Of a DNA stretch of 32,000 bases, positions 21,205 through 29,389 are shown in pieces. The number at the start of each line of letters is the position of its first letter. Within the stretch, counting starts at the first letter, position 1. The position numbers and the translations under genes were made by a program. The notes under the pieces are model-generated. The model did no database searches, was not told the DNA's origin, and saw nothing but the letters and a program-made list of their open reading frames with translations. Where the stretch lies: NCBI GenBank assembly GCA_963704705.1, contig OY969931.1:810001-842000 (forward strand). The letters run 5' to 3'. Origin of the DNA: an uncultured bacterium. GTDB taxonomy: Bacteria; Patescibacteriota; Gracilibacteria; UBA1369; PNNO01.

Positions 21205-21514
21205 TTTCGTTCTCCAGTTTTTCAATATATTTGATTGTTTCTTCATTGAATCTTTCCTGACGTTGCACGATTTCACCAATAAAATACTCGGTTTCGTAAT
21301 AAAACTTATTTTTTGCTTTATCAATAATCTTGCCGGTAACAATTCGCGGCGATTTAAACTTTCTGTAAAACTGCGTTAAATGCGCATTCTCCTTTAAGAG
21401 CTTTGTGCTGCGCTTTTCCCCTACTCTTTTTCGGTGAATCACAGCTATGTCTTTTGACAGCTTTTCTAAAAATTTTAAAATGTTTTTTTTCCGGGTTTCT
21501 GATAGACTGTTCAT
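21176..21514 (-). CDS. Hypothetical Lys-rich protein, 112 aa
   Basis: ORF track. It fills the gap of roughly 330 nt between two GT genes and overlaps the upstream GT 3' end by 29 nt. No family recognised. Confidence 0.4.
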   Translation of the reverse strand: MNSLSETRKKNILKFLEKLSKDIAVIHRKRVGEKRSTKLLKENAHLTQFYRKFKSPRIVTGKIIDKAKNKFYYETEYFIGEIVQRQERFNEETIKYIEKLENEIKKLSQKKK

Positions 21515-21536
21515 ACCATTATATTACAACAAGCGC

Positions 21537-22622
21537 GTGAAAATTGGAATTGATGTTACATGCCTTTCAATGCCAAAAACAGGTATCGGCCAGTACCAGT
21601 ACAATTTGCTTAACGCACTTTTAAAAATAGATAAAAAGAACGAATATCATCCTTATGCTTTTAATCTGCGCGATAATGCTAAGTATACTGATATTGATTT
21701 TCCAATTAGGGCGCATAAAATACCGCAGCGTTTAATAACTGCATGGTGGCTTGCTGTCCGATATCCCCGTCTCGAACAAATAACTGATGAATGCGATGTT
21801 TATCAAATAAGCGAGATCTGCCAGCAGCCTACGCGCAAAAAAACAGTGGCTTTTATTCACGATTTAACAACTGTTTTATACCCTGAGTATCATTTGTTTA
21901 AAAATAAATTCTTATATAAACACAGATTCGCGAATATAAAACGGTACGCTGATGTTGTCTTAACGAACTCTGAATATACAAAAAGCGATATTGTGCGGCA
22001 TTTGGGAATCTCGGAGAATATGATTGAAGTTACACCTTTTGGTGTTGAAGAGCGATTTAAGCCAACTAAAGGTTCGCCAATACAGCAGCCATATATTTGT
22101 TATCTCGGAACAATTGAGCCCCGAAAAAACTTAACGAACTTATTTAAGGCTTTTAAACGTCTTAAAGATAATGAAGCTATTCCGCATAAACTGGTTTTAA
22201 TAGGAAAAGACGGATGGTTTTACGAACAAATTTATAAAGAAATGAATAAACTTAATTTACAGGATGATGTAGTGCGTCTCGGCTTTGTTCCAGACAAAGA
22301 TTTGCCTGCTATCTTAAGCGGCGCAGACCTTTTTATATATCCTTCGTTTTATGAAGGATTCGGTTTGCCTGTTCTTGAAGCAATGGCATGCGGTGTGCCA
22401 GTTGTTACATCAAATGTTTCGTCTTTACCTGAAGTTGGCGGAAATGCCGTTAAGTACTGCAATCCAAATTCATTTGAAGATATCAGCGCAAAGATGTTTG
22501 AGTTTATAAAATCTCCTGAAGAAAGAGCGCGATTTAGCGCTTTGGGGCTCGAACGCGCAAAAAACTACACTTGGGAAAAGTGCGCACAAAAACACTTGGA
22601 TGTTTATGAAAGATTGGCCTGA
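21537..22622 (+). CDS. Glycosyltransferase family 4 (start revised to the GTG at 21537; the track start is 21447)
   Basis: The in-frame GTG at 21537 gives (M)KIGIDVTCL..., the usual GT4 N-terminus, and removes the overlap with 21176..21514. C-terminal ...PSFYEGFGLPVLEAMACGVPVVTSNVSSLPEVGG. Confidence 0.85.
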   Translation: MKIGIDVTCLSMPKTGIGQYQYNLLNALLKIDKKNEYHPYAFNLRDNAKYTDIDFPIRAHKIPQRLITAWWLAVRYPRLEQITDECDVYQISEICQQPTRKKTVAFIHDLTTVLYPEYHLFKNKFLYKHRFANIKRYADVVLTNSEYTKSDIVRHLGISENMIEVTPFGVEERFKPTKGSPIQQPYICYLGTIEPRKNLTNLFKAFKRLKDNEAIPHKLVLIGKDGWFYEQIYKEMNKLNLQDDVVRLGFVPDKDLPAILSGADLFIYPSFYEGFGLPVLEAMACGVPVVTSNVSSLPEVGGNAVKYCNPNSFEDISAKMFEFIKSPEERARFSALGLERAKNYTWEKCAQKHLDVYERLA

Positions 22623-23335
22623 AGATAAGCATCCACCACTTCATCAGTATGCCCTTCTTTAACTATGCGCCCTTTTTGAAGTAAATATGTTTTAGTACAG
22701 AATTGTTTTATTGTATCAAGATCGTGGCTTACAAATATTATGGTTTTTCCGGCAAGTTTTAGTTCTTTGAATGTTTTTAAGCATTTTTTTTGAAAGTCGA
22801 TGTCCCCTACCGCGAGTACTTCATCACATAAATAAATATCCGCATCAACAATACTTGCTATTGAGAATGCTAGACGTACCTGCATCCCGCTTGAAAAGTT
22901 TTTCAACTTCATTTCCATGAAATCTTCAAGTTCAGCAAATTGTACAATTTTTTTATACAGACTATCAATTTGGGGTCTGCTTAAGCCTAAAATAACGCCA
23001 TTCAAATAAACATTCTCTCTTGCTGAAAGCTCTCCGTTAAATCCAATTCCAAGTTCCAAAAAAGGACTAATCAAACCATTGGTTACTATGCGCCCTTTGG
23101 TTGGAGTATAAATATTTGCCATTATTTTTAACAATGTGGACTTGCCGCTTCCATTCTTTCCTATTATTCCAACAAACTCACCTTTATTTACTTCTAAATT
23201 TATATCGTTAAGTGCTTCAAATTTCTCCATATGAACACGGCGATGAAAATTAACGAACTTTTCCTTCAAAGTATCCTGCCTCTCGCGCGGGATATTAAAA
23301 GTTTTGTGAACATTTGTGAGTTTTATCGCTGTCAT
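22604..23335 (-). CDS. wzt: ABC transporter ATP-binding protein, polysaccharide/teichoic-acid exporter type (Wzt/TagH-like)
   Basis: Walker A GKNGSGKSTLLK, signature FSSGMQVRLAF and Walker B IYLCDEVLAVGD. It is paired with an ABC-2 permease. Confidence 0.9.
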   Translation of the reverse strand: MTAIKLTNVHKTFNIPRERQDTLKEKFVNFHRRVHMEKFEALNDINLEVNKGEFVGIIGKNGSGKSTLLKIMANIYTPTKGRIVTNGLISPFLELGIGFNGELSARENVYLNGVILGLSRPQIDSLYKKIVQFAELEDFMEMKLKNFSSGMQVRLAFSIASIVDADIYLCDEVLAVGDIDFQKKCLKTFKELKLAGKTIIFVSHDLDTIKQFCTKTYLLQKGRIVKEGHTDEVVDAYLQANLS

Positions 23336-23337
23336 AA

Positions 23338-24114
23338 TTATACGTTTTCAGGAATTCGTTTTTCAAACTTCAGGAAAATAAATATACCTAAAATAAGCGT
23401 AACAGTCACCATCAAAAGCAAAGCAACATTTAACTGAAAAGCAGGTATATCATTAAGAATAAAAACCGCTCTTGAATATTCAATTAGTCTTGCCAGCGGA
23501 TTCAAATAAATAAGTCTGTGATAAGCCTCCGGCACCAAAGTTATCGGATATATGATAGGCGTCATCCAAAAACCAATCTGTAAAAGGACTTCCCAAATAT
23601 GGCTGAAATCACGAAACTTAATATACAAAACCGATAAAATCAAAGACACTCCCAGAATCACAAAATAAAGCTCAATCACATAAAATATAAAAAAGAAAAA
23701 GTTCATGCTAAAGCCAACATCACTGAATGCAAGAAACACAAAAAACACGATCATGTTTAGGAGAAACGTGAGAAAACTAGTTAAAGTAGAGGCGATCACA
23801 ATAATAATCCTGGGAAAATAAATCTTGGTTATTAAAGACTGCTTTGTTTCAAAACTTCGCAAGGCAATCGAAGTAGCTTCAGCGAAAAAATTCCAAATCA
23901 CAACACCGAGCAGCAAATAAAGCTGATAATTTTCAACCGGAAACCGCATAAAAATGCTAAAAACAACATAGAGAACAGCAAACAATAAAAGGGGTTTAAT
24001 TAATGTCCAAAAATACCCGAGCAAAGAGTTCTGATAGCGCACCTTAAAGTCGGAAATCGCTATTTCTTTGAGGATTCTTAAATTTTTTTTTGTGAAGAGG
24101 CTTTCTTTTTTCAT
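23338..24114 (-). CDS. wzm: ABC-2 type transporter permease (Wzm/TagG-like); start revised to the ATG at 24114
   Basis: MKKESLFTKKNLRILKEIAISDFKVRYQNSLLGYFWTLIKPLL... is the typical ABC-2 N-terminus. The track's longer form (to 24243) would overlap the aroF start. Confidence 0.85.
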   Translation of the reverse strand: MKKESLFTKKNLRILKEIAISDFKVRYQNSLLGYFWTLIKPLLLFAVLYVVFSIFMRFPVENYQLYLLLGVVIWNFFAEATSIALRSFETKQSLITKIYFPRIIIVIASTLTSFLTFLLNMIVFFVFLAFSDVGFSMNFFFFIFYVIELYFVILGVSLILSVLYIKFRDFSHIWEVLLQIGFWMTPIIYPITLVPEAYHRLIYLNPLARLIEYSRAVFILNDIPAFQLNVALLLMVTVTLILGIFIFLKFEKRIPENV

Positions 24115-24187
24115 GATGAATTTAATATAGCATAGGCTTAAGGTTTCTGGTAATGTATTTCGGCATATACATATAACAAAACTTGCA

Positions 24188-25204
24188 ATGATTATAGTAA
24201 TGAGAAAGTCGGCTACCAAGGAACAAACCGAGTCGATTATCAAAGAAATTGAAGATAAAGGTTTAAAACCAATGCCGCTTTACGGTACTGAACGTACAGT
24301 TATCGCAGTTATCGGGGATGAACGAATTCTCGATCGTCATCATATGGCTTCAAAACCCGGAGTAAGTGATGTAATGCTTGTTTTGCCGCCTTACAAACTT
24401 GTTTCACGTGAAACAAAACACGAAGATACAATTGTAAAAGTTAGAGACGGCGTTGAAATAGGAGGAAAAGAGATTCAGATTATGGCAGGGCCATGCGCAG
24501 TTGAAAATTATGAGTTTGTTAGCCAGGCAGCTAAAGCAGTTAAAAAAGCAGGTGCAAAAATTTTACGAGGCGGAGCATTCAAACCGAGAACAGGACCATA
24601 TTCGTTTCAGGGTCTGGGTGAAGAAGGTCTTAAAATATTGCAACAGGTTGGAAAAGAAGAAAACATGGCAGTTGTTACAGAGGTTTTGAATACCCGTGAC
24701 TTACCTTTGGTTGTTGAATATGCTGATATTTTGCAAATAGGTGCGCGCAACATGCAAAACTTTAATTTATTGGAAGAAGTGGGAAAAACCAAAAAACCTG
24801 TTTTATTAAAACGCGGATTATCTGCAAAAATCAAAGAATGGTTACTTGCCGCTGAATACATAATGTCGAACGGTAATCCGAATGTAATTTTGTGCGAACG
24901 CGGAATAAGAACTTTTGAAGTTGAAATCAGATCAACTCTTGCTTTGCAATCCGTACCTTTAATTAAAGAACTTTCTCACCTTCCTATTATTGTTGATCCT
25001 TCACATGCAGCAGGAAAACCTTCAATAATTCCTGCAATGTGCAAAGCTGCAATTGCTGCGGGTGCTGATGGATTAATCGTTGAAGTTCACCCAAAACCTG
25101 AAGAAGCTCTTTGCGACGGACAGCAGGCGTTAACTCCTGAAATGTTCTCAGAAATGATGGAACAAATAAAGCCTGTTGCTAAAGCAGTGGGAAAAATCCT
25201 ATAA
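24188..25204 (+). CDS. aroF: 3-deoxy-7-phosphoheptulonate (DAHP) synthase, type I-beta, with an N-terminal ferredoxin-like regulatory domain
   Basis: Colinear from residue 1 with the Thermotoga maritima enzyme as I recall it: MIIVMRK...ERTVIAVIGDE...PYKLVSRE...MAGPCAVE...LRGGAFKPRTGPYSFQGLGEEGL...LQIGARNMQNF...PVLLKRG...CERGIRTFE...DPSH. Confidence 0.9.
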   Translation: MIIVMRKSATKEQTESIIKEIEDKGLKPMPLYGTERTVIAVIGDERILDRHHMASKPGVSDVMLVLPPYKLVSRETKHEDTIVKVRDGVEIGGKEIQIMAGPCAVENYEFVSQAAKAVKKAGAKILRGGAFKPRTGPYSFQGLGEEGLKILQQVGKEENMAVVTEVLNTRDLPLVVEYADILQIGARNMQNFNLLEEVGKTKKPVLLKRGLSAKIKEWLLAAEYIMSNGNPNVILCERGIRTFEVEIRSTLALQSVPLIKELSHLPIIVDPSHAAGKPSIIPAMCKAAIAAGADGLIVEVHPKPEEALCDGQQALTPEMFSEMMEQIKPVAKAVGKIL

Positions 25205-25226
25205 TGGACTCGTAAACTCGTCTCTG

Positions 25227-26315
25227 ATGAAAAGTTTCTACGTTCACTTAAAAAAGAAAGTCGATGATTCTTATGACATCTGTTTTAAAACAGATTATCT
25301 TAAACGTTTGGCAGTTGATTTAAAAAAACAAAAGTGGGGCGTAAAGTACGCATTAATTTGTGATTCAAAAGTTCGTAAATTATACGGAGATGACTTAGCG
25401 AAAAAGTTAAAAGCAGCAGGTGTGGAAGTTGAAGTCTTCAGTTTTATGCATGGTGAAAAAAACAAGACTTTACGAACTGCTGAGCGCTTACTTAGCGGCC
25501 TTTCTAAAAGTGGATTTTACAGAGATGATGCCGTGATTGCTTTGGGCGGCGGTGTAACCGGAGATTTGGCTTCATTTGTTGCTTCAATTTATATGCGAGG
25601 AATTCCATACATTCAAATTCCAACAACTGTTCTTTCAATGGTGGATTCTTCTGTTGGCGGAAAAACAGGTGTTGATACAAATTTTGGAAAGAATCTGGTT
25701 GGAACTTTTTATCAGCCAAAAAAAGTTTATATAAATATAGATTTTTTAAAAACTCTTCCAAAACGACAAATTTTAAATGGAATTGCTGAAGCCATAAAGT
25801 ACGGCGTGATAGCTGATAAAAAAATACTTAAGCTACTTGGCAGAAAACATAAAGAAATTATGAACCTAAAACCGCGCACAATTGAAAACCTGATTTCGCG
25901 CTGCATTAAAGTTAAAGCACGTATTGTTGAAATGGATGAAAAAGAAGATGATTTTAGAAAAATCTTAAATTACGGACACACTTTTGGTCATGCAATTGAA
26001 AAAATCTCTAACTTCACTGTTCAGCACGGCGAAGCTGTTGCAATTGGAATGTCCATAATCAATACAATCGGTGTAAATTTAAAATGGCTTAAGAAAAAGC
26101 ACGCGGACCTTATAAAAAGGATTATAAAACTATACGAACTTCCTTATAAATATCCTAAACTGAACGCCAAAAAATTAATGGAAGCAATGAAGCTGGATAA
26201 AAAAGTCAAAGACGGCAAAATTTTATATATTGTTCCATACAGAATCGGCAAAGTTCTGTTAACTGAAAAAATTTCCAAAAGAGATATAATCAAAGCATGC
26301 AAAAAGCACTCATAA
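25227..26315 (+). CDS. aroB: 3-dehydroquinate synthase (start revised to the ATG at 25227; the track start 25176 overlaps aroF)
   Basis: ...GGGVTGDLASFVASIYMRGIPYIQIPTTVLSMVDSSVGGKTGVDTNFGKNLVGTFYQP...NYGHTFGHAIE... are the canonical AroB motifs. Confidence 0.9.
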   Translation: MKSFYVHLKKKVDDSYDICFKTDYLKRLAVDLKKQKWGVKYALICDSKVRKLYGDDLAKKLKAAGVEVEVFSFMHGEKNKTLRTAERLLSGLSKSGFYRDDAVIALGGGVTGDLASFVASIYMRGIPYIQIPTTVLSMVDSSVGGKTGVDTNFGKNLVGTFYQPKKVYINIDFLKTLPKRQILNGIAEAIKYGVIADKKILKLLGRKHKEIMNLKPRTIENLISRCIKVKARIVEMDEKEDDFRKILNYGHTFGHAIEKISNFTVQHGEAVAIGMSIINTIGVNLKWLKKKHADLIKRIIKLYELPYKYPKLNAKKLMEAMKLDKKVKDGKILYIVPYRIGKVLLTEKISKRDIIKACKKHS

Positions 26316-28045
26316 CTCCTTCAAAACTTCAGGCCGGCGCTATTGTAAATGTGCCAGGGTCCAAAAGCTACACAAACAGGGCTTTGGTTCTTGCGGCTTT
26401 GGCTGAAGGCAAAAGTGTGCTTCACAATCCCCTTTTTAGCGATGATACAAAGGTTGCAATTAAGGCATTAGGCGAACTCGGAGTGCGTATAGAACGCAAA
26501 GGTGATGACTTAACGGTATACGGACGAGGCGGCGAATTTGATGAACCCCGCGAAACTTTATTTTTAGGAAATGCCGGCACAGCAGTGCGATTTTTCACAG
26601 CGTTATTGTGTGTGACCGGATTCAAATCCAAAATCACAGGAAATAAACGAATGCAGGAGCGCCCTCTTCGCGACTTAATTTCAGCACTTCACGACCTTGG
26701 CGCAAAACTCGAAAGCATCAACAAAAACGGATGCCCTCCAATCAAAATCAGCGGCAATGGAATAAAAGGCGGCACAGTTGAACTTAGCGGCAAAATCAGC
26801 AGCCAATATTTATCAGCGCTTTTAATGATCGCGCCCTACGCAGAGTCAGACGTTGAAATAATAATTAGCGACGAACTAGTCTCAAAGCCATACATCGATA
26901 TGACTTTACAGATAATGAAAGACTTTGGGATACAGATAAAGAACAAGGACTATTCGCGGTTTGTGATTGCGAGCGGCCAGCGCTATAAGGCGTGCGACTA
27001 CCAAGTTGAGGGCGACGCTTCGTCAGCTTCGTACTTTTACGCTCTTGAAAAACTACACGACGTTAAACTTGATATACAAAACATAAACCCTGATTCGCTA
27101 CAGGCGGATATGGGGTTTTTGGACTTGCTTAGCAAGAGGACTTTGCTTAGCAAGCTCGACTTGAATCACATGCCCGACGCTGCAATGACCGTTGCGATTT
27201 TAGCTGCTTTCACAAAAGGGAAAACGCAGCTCACAAATATCGCAAACTTAAGACATAAAGAGACCGACCGCATAAAAGCACTTGTTACTGAACTTAAAAA
27301 AGTGGGCTGTGACGCTAAAGAACTTAAAGACGGAATTGAGATAAATGGTGATCCTGAAAAACTAAAAGGGCCTGCGCTTATTAAAACCTACGACGATCAT
27401 CGCATGGCAATGTGTTTTGCTGTACTCGCCAGCAAAATTCCTGATGTTCAAATCCTTGACCCTGATTGTACCTCAAAAACATATCCACAATTTTTTGAAG
27501 ATCTTGCAAAAACAGGAATAAAAGTTGAAAAACGCAAAATCCCGAATATTTATTTAACTGGTATGCGTGGCTCAGGAAAATCAGCGATCGGCAAAGAACT
27601 GGCTAAAACCCTGAAATTTGATTTTGTTGATTCAGATAAGGAAATCGAGCGACAGGAAAAATCAAAAATCGCTAAAATTGTTAAAGAAAAATCATGGTTT
27701 TATTTCAGGAAAAAAGAAAAATATGTCATAAGAAAGCTAGCTCGCTTAACCAACACCGTGATTGCAACCGGCGGAGGCGTGATTTTAGATAAAGAAAACG
27801 TAAGCACGCTTAAAAAGTCAGGCAAAATTGTTGTACTAACTGCGCCTATCGAGATTTTAGAAGCCCGAATTAAAAACGACACCAACCGCCCTCCCCTAAC
27901 AAATCAAAAAACTTTAAAAAAAGAATTAGAAGAACTTTGGGCTAAGCGCAAAGAAAAATACGAGAATTCTGCTGACTTTGAATTTGATTCATCGGGCGAT
28001 TTAAGCTTAAATGAAAAAGCACAGCAAATAATCCAAATGCTATGA
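26297..28045 (+). CDS. aroA: Fusion protein: EPSP synthase (AroA) with C-terminal shikimate kinase (AroK), 582 aa
   Basis: The AroA part has ...VPGSKSYTNRALVLAALAEG..., LGNAGTAVRF and DDHRMAMCFAVLA. From about residue 417 the AroK part has IYLTGMRGSGKSAIGKELAKTLKFDFVDSD...ATGGGVI. It overlaps aroB by 19 nt. Confidence 0.9.
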   Translation: MQKALITPSKLQAGAIVNVPGSKSYTNRALVLAALAEGKSVLHNPLFSDDTKVAIKALGELGVRIERKGDDLTVYGRGGEFDEPRETLFLGNAGTAVRFFTALLCVTGFKSKITGNKRMQERPLRDLISALHDLGAKLESINKNGCPPIKISGNGIKGGTVELSGKISSQYLSALLMIAPYAESDVEIIISDELVSKPYIDMTLQIMKDFGIQIKNKDYSRFVIASGQRYKACDYQVEGDASSASYFYALEKLHDVKLDIQNINPDSLQADMGFLDLLSKRTLLSKLDLNHMPDAAMTVAILAAFTKGKTQLTNIANLRHKETDRIKALVTELKKVGCDAKELKDGIEINGDPEKLKGPALIKTYDDHRMAMCFAVLASKIPDVQILDPDCTSKTYPQFFEDLAKTGIKVEKRKIPNIYLTGMRGSGKSAIGKELAKTLKFDFVDSDKEIERQEKSKIAKIVKEKSWFYFRKKEKYVIRKLARLTNTVIATGGGVILDKENVSTLKKSGKIVVLTAPIEILEARIKNDTNRPPLTNQKTLKKELEELWAKRKEKYENSADFEFDSSGDLSLNEKAQQIIQML

Positions 28046-28308
28046 GCGAAGAAATCAAAGAACTTTTAGAAAAAAACAACGCGCTATTGGAAGAACTCGT
28101 GAAATTTCAGCGAAAAGAACACCGCGCGCAGACATGGCGCTGGGTTTTGCAGTTATTAATTCAACTATTACCTTTTATAATTCTTGTACTTCTAGGTTGG
28201 TGGATGTTCAATTTGATTAACGATAACATCCATGCACTTCAGGCAAATGTTGATGCGCTCAAAGAAGGCTTTGCGAATGCGTGGGATAATGTGACATTCT
28301 GGGATTAA
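28042..28308 (+). CDS. Small single-pass membrane protein, 88 aa
   Basis: Its ATG overlaps the aroA-aroK stop (ATGA). TM segment WVLQLLIQLLPFIILVLLGWWMF flanked by helical segments. Confidence 0.55.
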   Translation: MSEEIKELLEKNNALLEELVKFQRKEHRAQTWRWVLQLLIQLLPFIILVLLGWWMFNLINDNIHALQANVDALKEGFANAWDNVTFWD

Positions 28309-28337
28309 TCGCGATACAAAAATGAATTTGCGGAAAA

Positions 28338-28389
28338 GGGGGAACGAATCGAAACGACTTGTTGTCGTTGATCGCACCCCCTTGTTCCC
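28338..28389. terminator. GC-rich compound hairpin between convergent genes (bidirectional terminator candidate)
   Basis: GGGGG (28338-28342) pairs with CCCCC (28377-28381). GGGAAC and GTTCCC give an alternative pairing. An inner AACGAC-ttgtt-GTCGTT hairpin is also present. Confidence 0.5.
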
Positions 28390-28410
28390 TTGTCTTCAGT
28401 GGTTCACCTC

Positions 28411-29250
28411 CTAGCGTTTTTCGAGCTTGCAGCTCGCGCTGCAGCCGTCGCCGTTAACCTCGTTGCCGTCGTCGCACTGCTCTCCGGTCTGCAGGATGCC
28501 GTCTCCGCAGTACTCGTGCTGGCAATAGGAATTGCAACCGTCGTTGTCCAAGTTGTTGCCGTCGTCGCACTGCTCGCCGAGGGATGCTTGAATGACGAAG
28601 TCGCCGCAAAATAAATTGCTCTCTTTGGCGAACTCTAATAGATGAATGAAATATCTATAGAGCTTCAAAACGGTCAACTTTGCATCAGAGAGCATCCATT
28701 TGCACTCCTTACAGTACTCACTGTTCTCGTCGCACTCCTCGCCCGGATCCACGACACCATTGCCGCAGAACTCCCGACGACATATGGGGGAACAGCCATC
28801 GCCTTTCTTGTCGTTGCCGTCATCGCACTCTTCGCCCGAATCCACGACACCATTGCCGCAGATTTCCCGGCGACACATGGGTGAACAGCCGTCACCAGCG
28901 AAACGATTACCATCCCAGCACTGCTCACCGTGAGAAATAAACACATCACCATCAAAGTCTTTAGACGGCCTAGGCAGGACATCATTTGGACCAGTAAGAG
29001 CGCAATATGCAGGGTTGCGCAGTTTGGGATGCTTTTTGAAAAAAGCCTCTCTCAACTCTTGATAGTTTTTTTCATCCTCCTCTTCTCTTTGTTGATTGAT
29101 CCTGTTCCTGATAGACTCCCCGAAGTTTGGGGGATCAGGCATTCCGCTTACTCTCATGCTCCATGACATGTGATCGTTAGTCATAGAGTTTCCACAGGAA
29201 ACGCTGGTGACCAACATACACACGAACAAGATATACTCAAACGTCGACAT
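28411..29250 (-). CDS. Putative lipoprotein with Myxococcus-type cysteine-rich repeats (TIGR02232/DUF4215-like); start revised to the ATG at 29250
   Basis: GGAGG lies 6 nt upstream of the ATG at 29250. Signal/lipobox-like [21 protein letters not shown]. Repeats include [30 protein letters not shown] and [30 protein letters not shown]. By eye the repeat part is much GC-richer (roughly 55-60%) than the flanks. Confidence 0.8.
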   Translation of the reverse strand: MSTFEYILFVCMLVTSVSCGNSMTNDHMSWSMRVSGMPDPPNFGESIRNRINQQREEEDEKNYQELREAFFKKHPKLRNPAYCALTGPNDVLPRPSKDFDGDVFISHGEQCWDGNRFAGDGCSPMCRREICGNGVVDSGEECDDGNDKKGDGCSPICRREFCGNGVVDPGEECDENSEYCKECKWMLSDAKLTVLKLYRYFIHLLEFAKESNLFCGDFVIQASLGEQCDDGNNLDNDGCNSYCQHEYCGDGILQTGEQCDDGNEVNGDGCSASCKLEKR

Positions 29251-29297
29251 AATACACCTCCGGCGCATTGCGCCATCTGTTGGGTTGAACCATTAAA

Positions 29298-29324
29298 GCT
29301 GACAAGGGACAAATCCCTGTCAGC
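29298..29324 (-). promoter_or_regulatory. Strong hairpin (11 bp, 1 bulge) + TTTAAT, either in the 5' region of the lipoprotein gene or as a distal terminator of the U32 gene
   Basis: Minus strand: GCTGACAGGGA-tttg-TCCCTTGTCAGC followed by TTTAATGG. Confidence 0.45.
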
Positions 29325-29389
29325 CTTTCATACAAATATGTAAAAAGGCCGTACAGGCACTTGTTATTGCCAGCTTAATTTAAGCCAAA

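Noticed and set aside
1875-27885. Other short ORFs nested inside or antisense to larger genes. Examples: 1875..2093, 3021..3416, 4647..4871, 4822..5064, 5773..5997, 7285..7575, 7589..7876, 9494..9721, 10856..11062, 11886..12155, 15729..15914, 15751..15999, 16273..16566, 17194..17385, 17805..17999, 20049..20249, 20502..20687, 20841..21116, 21100..21342, 23231..23437, 24501..24689, 24607..24861, 25504..25761, 26422..26637, 27700..27885, 28192..28377, 29493..30339 set, 31058..31249
   Set aside because: Each overlaps a longer ORF with clear family motifs on the same or the opposite strand, and none shows a recognisable motif. They are treated as shadow ORFs.
28390-29166. Five extra ORFs in the track (28390..28614+, 28642..28884+, 28674..28985-, 28680..28940+, 28700..28933+, 28930..29166+)
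   Set aside because: They are artefacts of high GC content (few stop codons) overlapping the well-supported cysteine-rich repeat lipoprotein gene on the minus strand. Their translations are low-complexity Ala/Val/Arg/Pro-rich.
23338-29268. Long N-terminal extensions given by the ORF track for wzm (to 24243), aroB (from 25176), GT4 (from 21447) and the lipoprotein (to 29268)
   Set aside because: Internal starts reproduce the canonical family N-termini, or have a GGAGG RBS, and they remove implausible overlaps with neighbouring genes. The internal starts are 24114, 25227, 21537 (GTG) and 29250.
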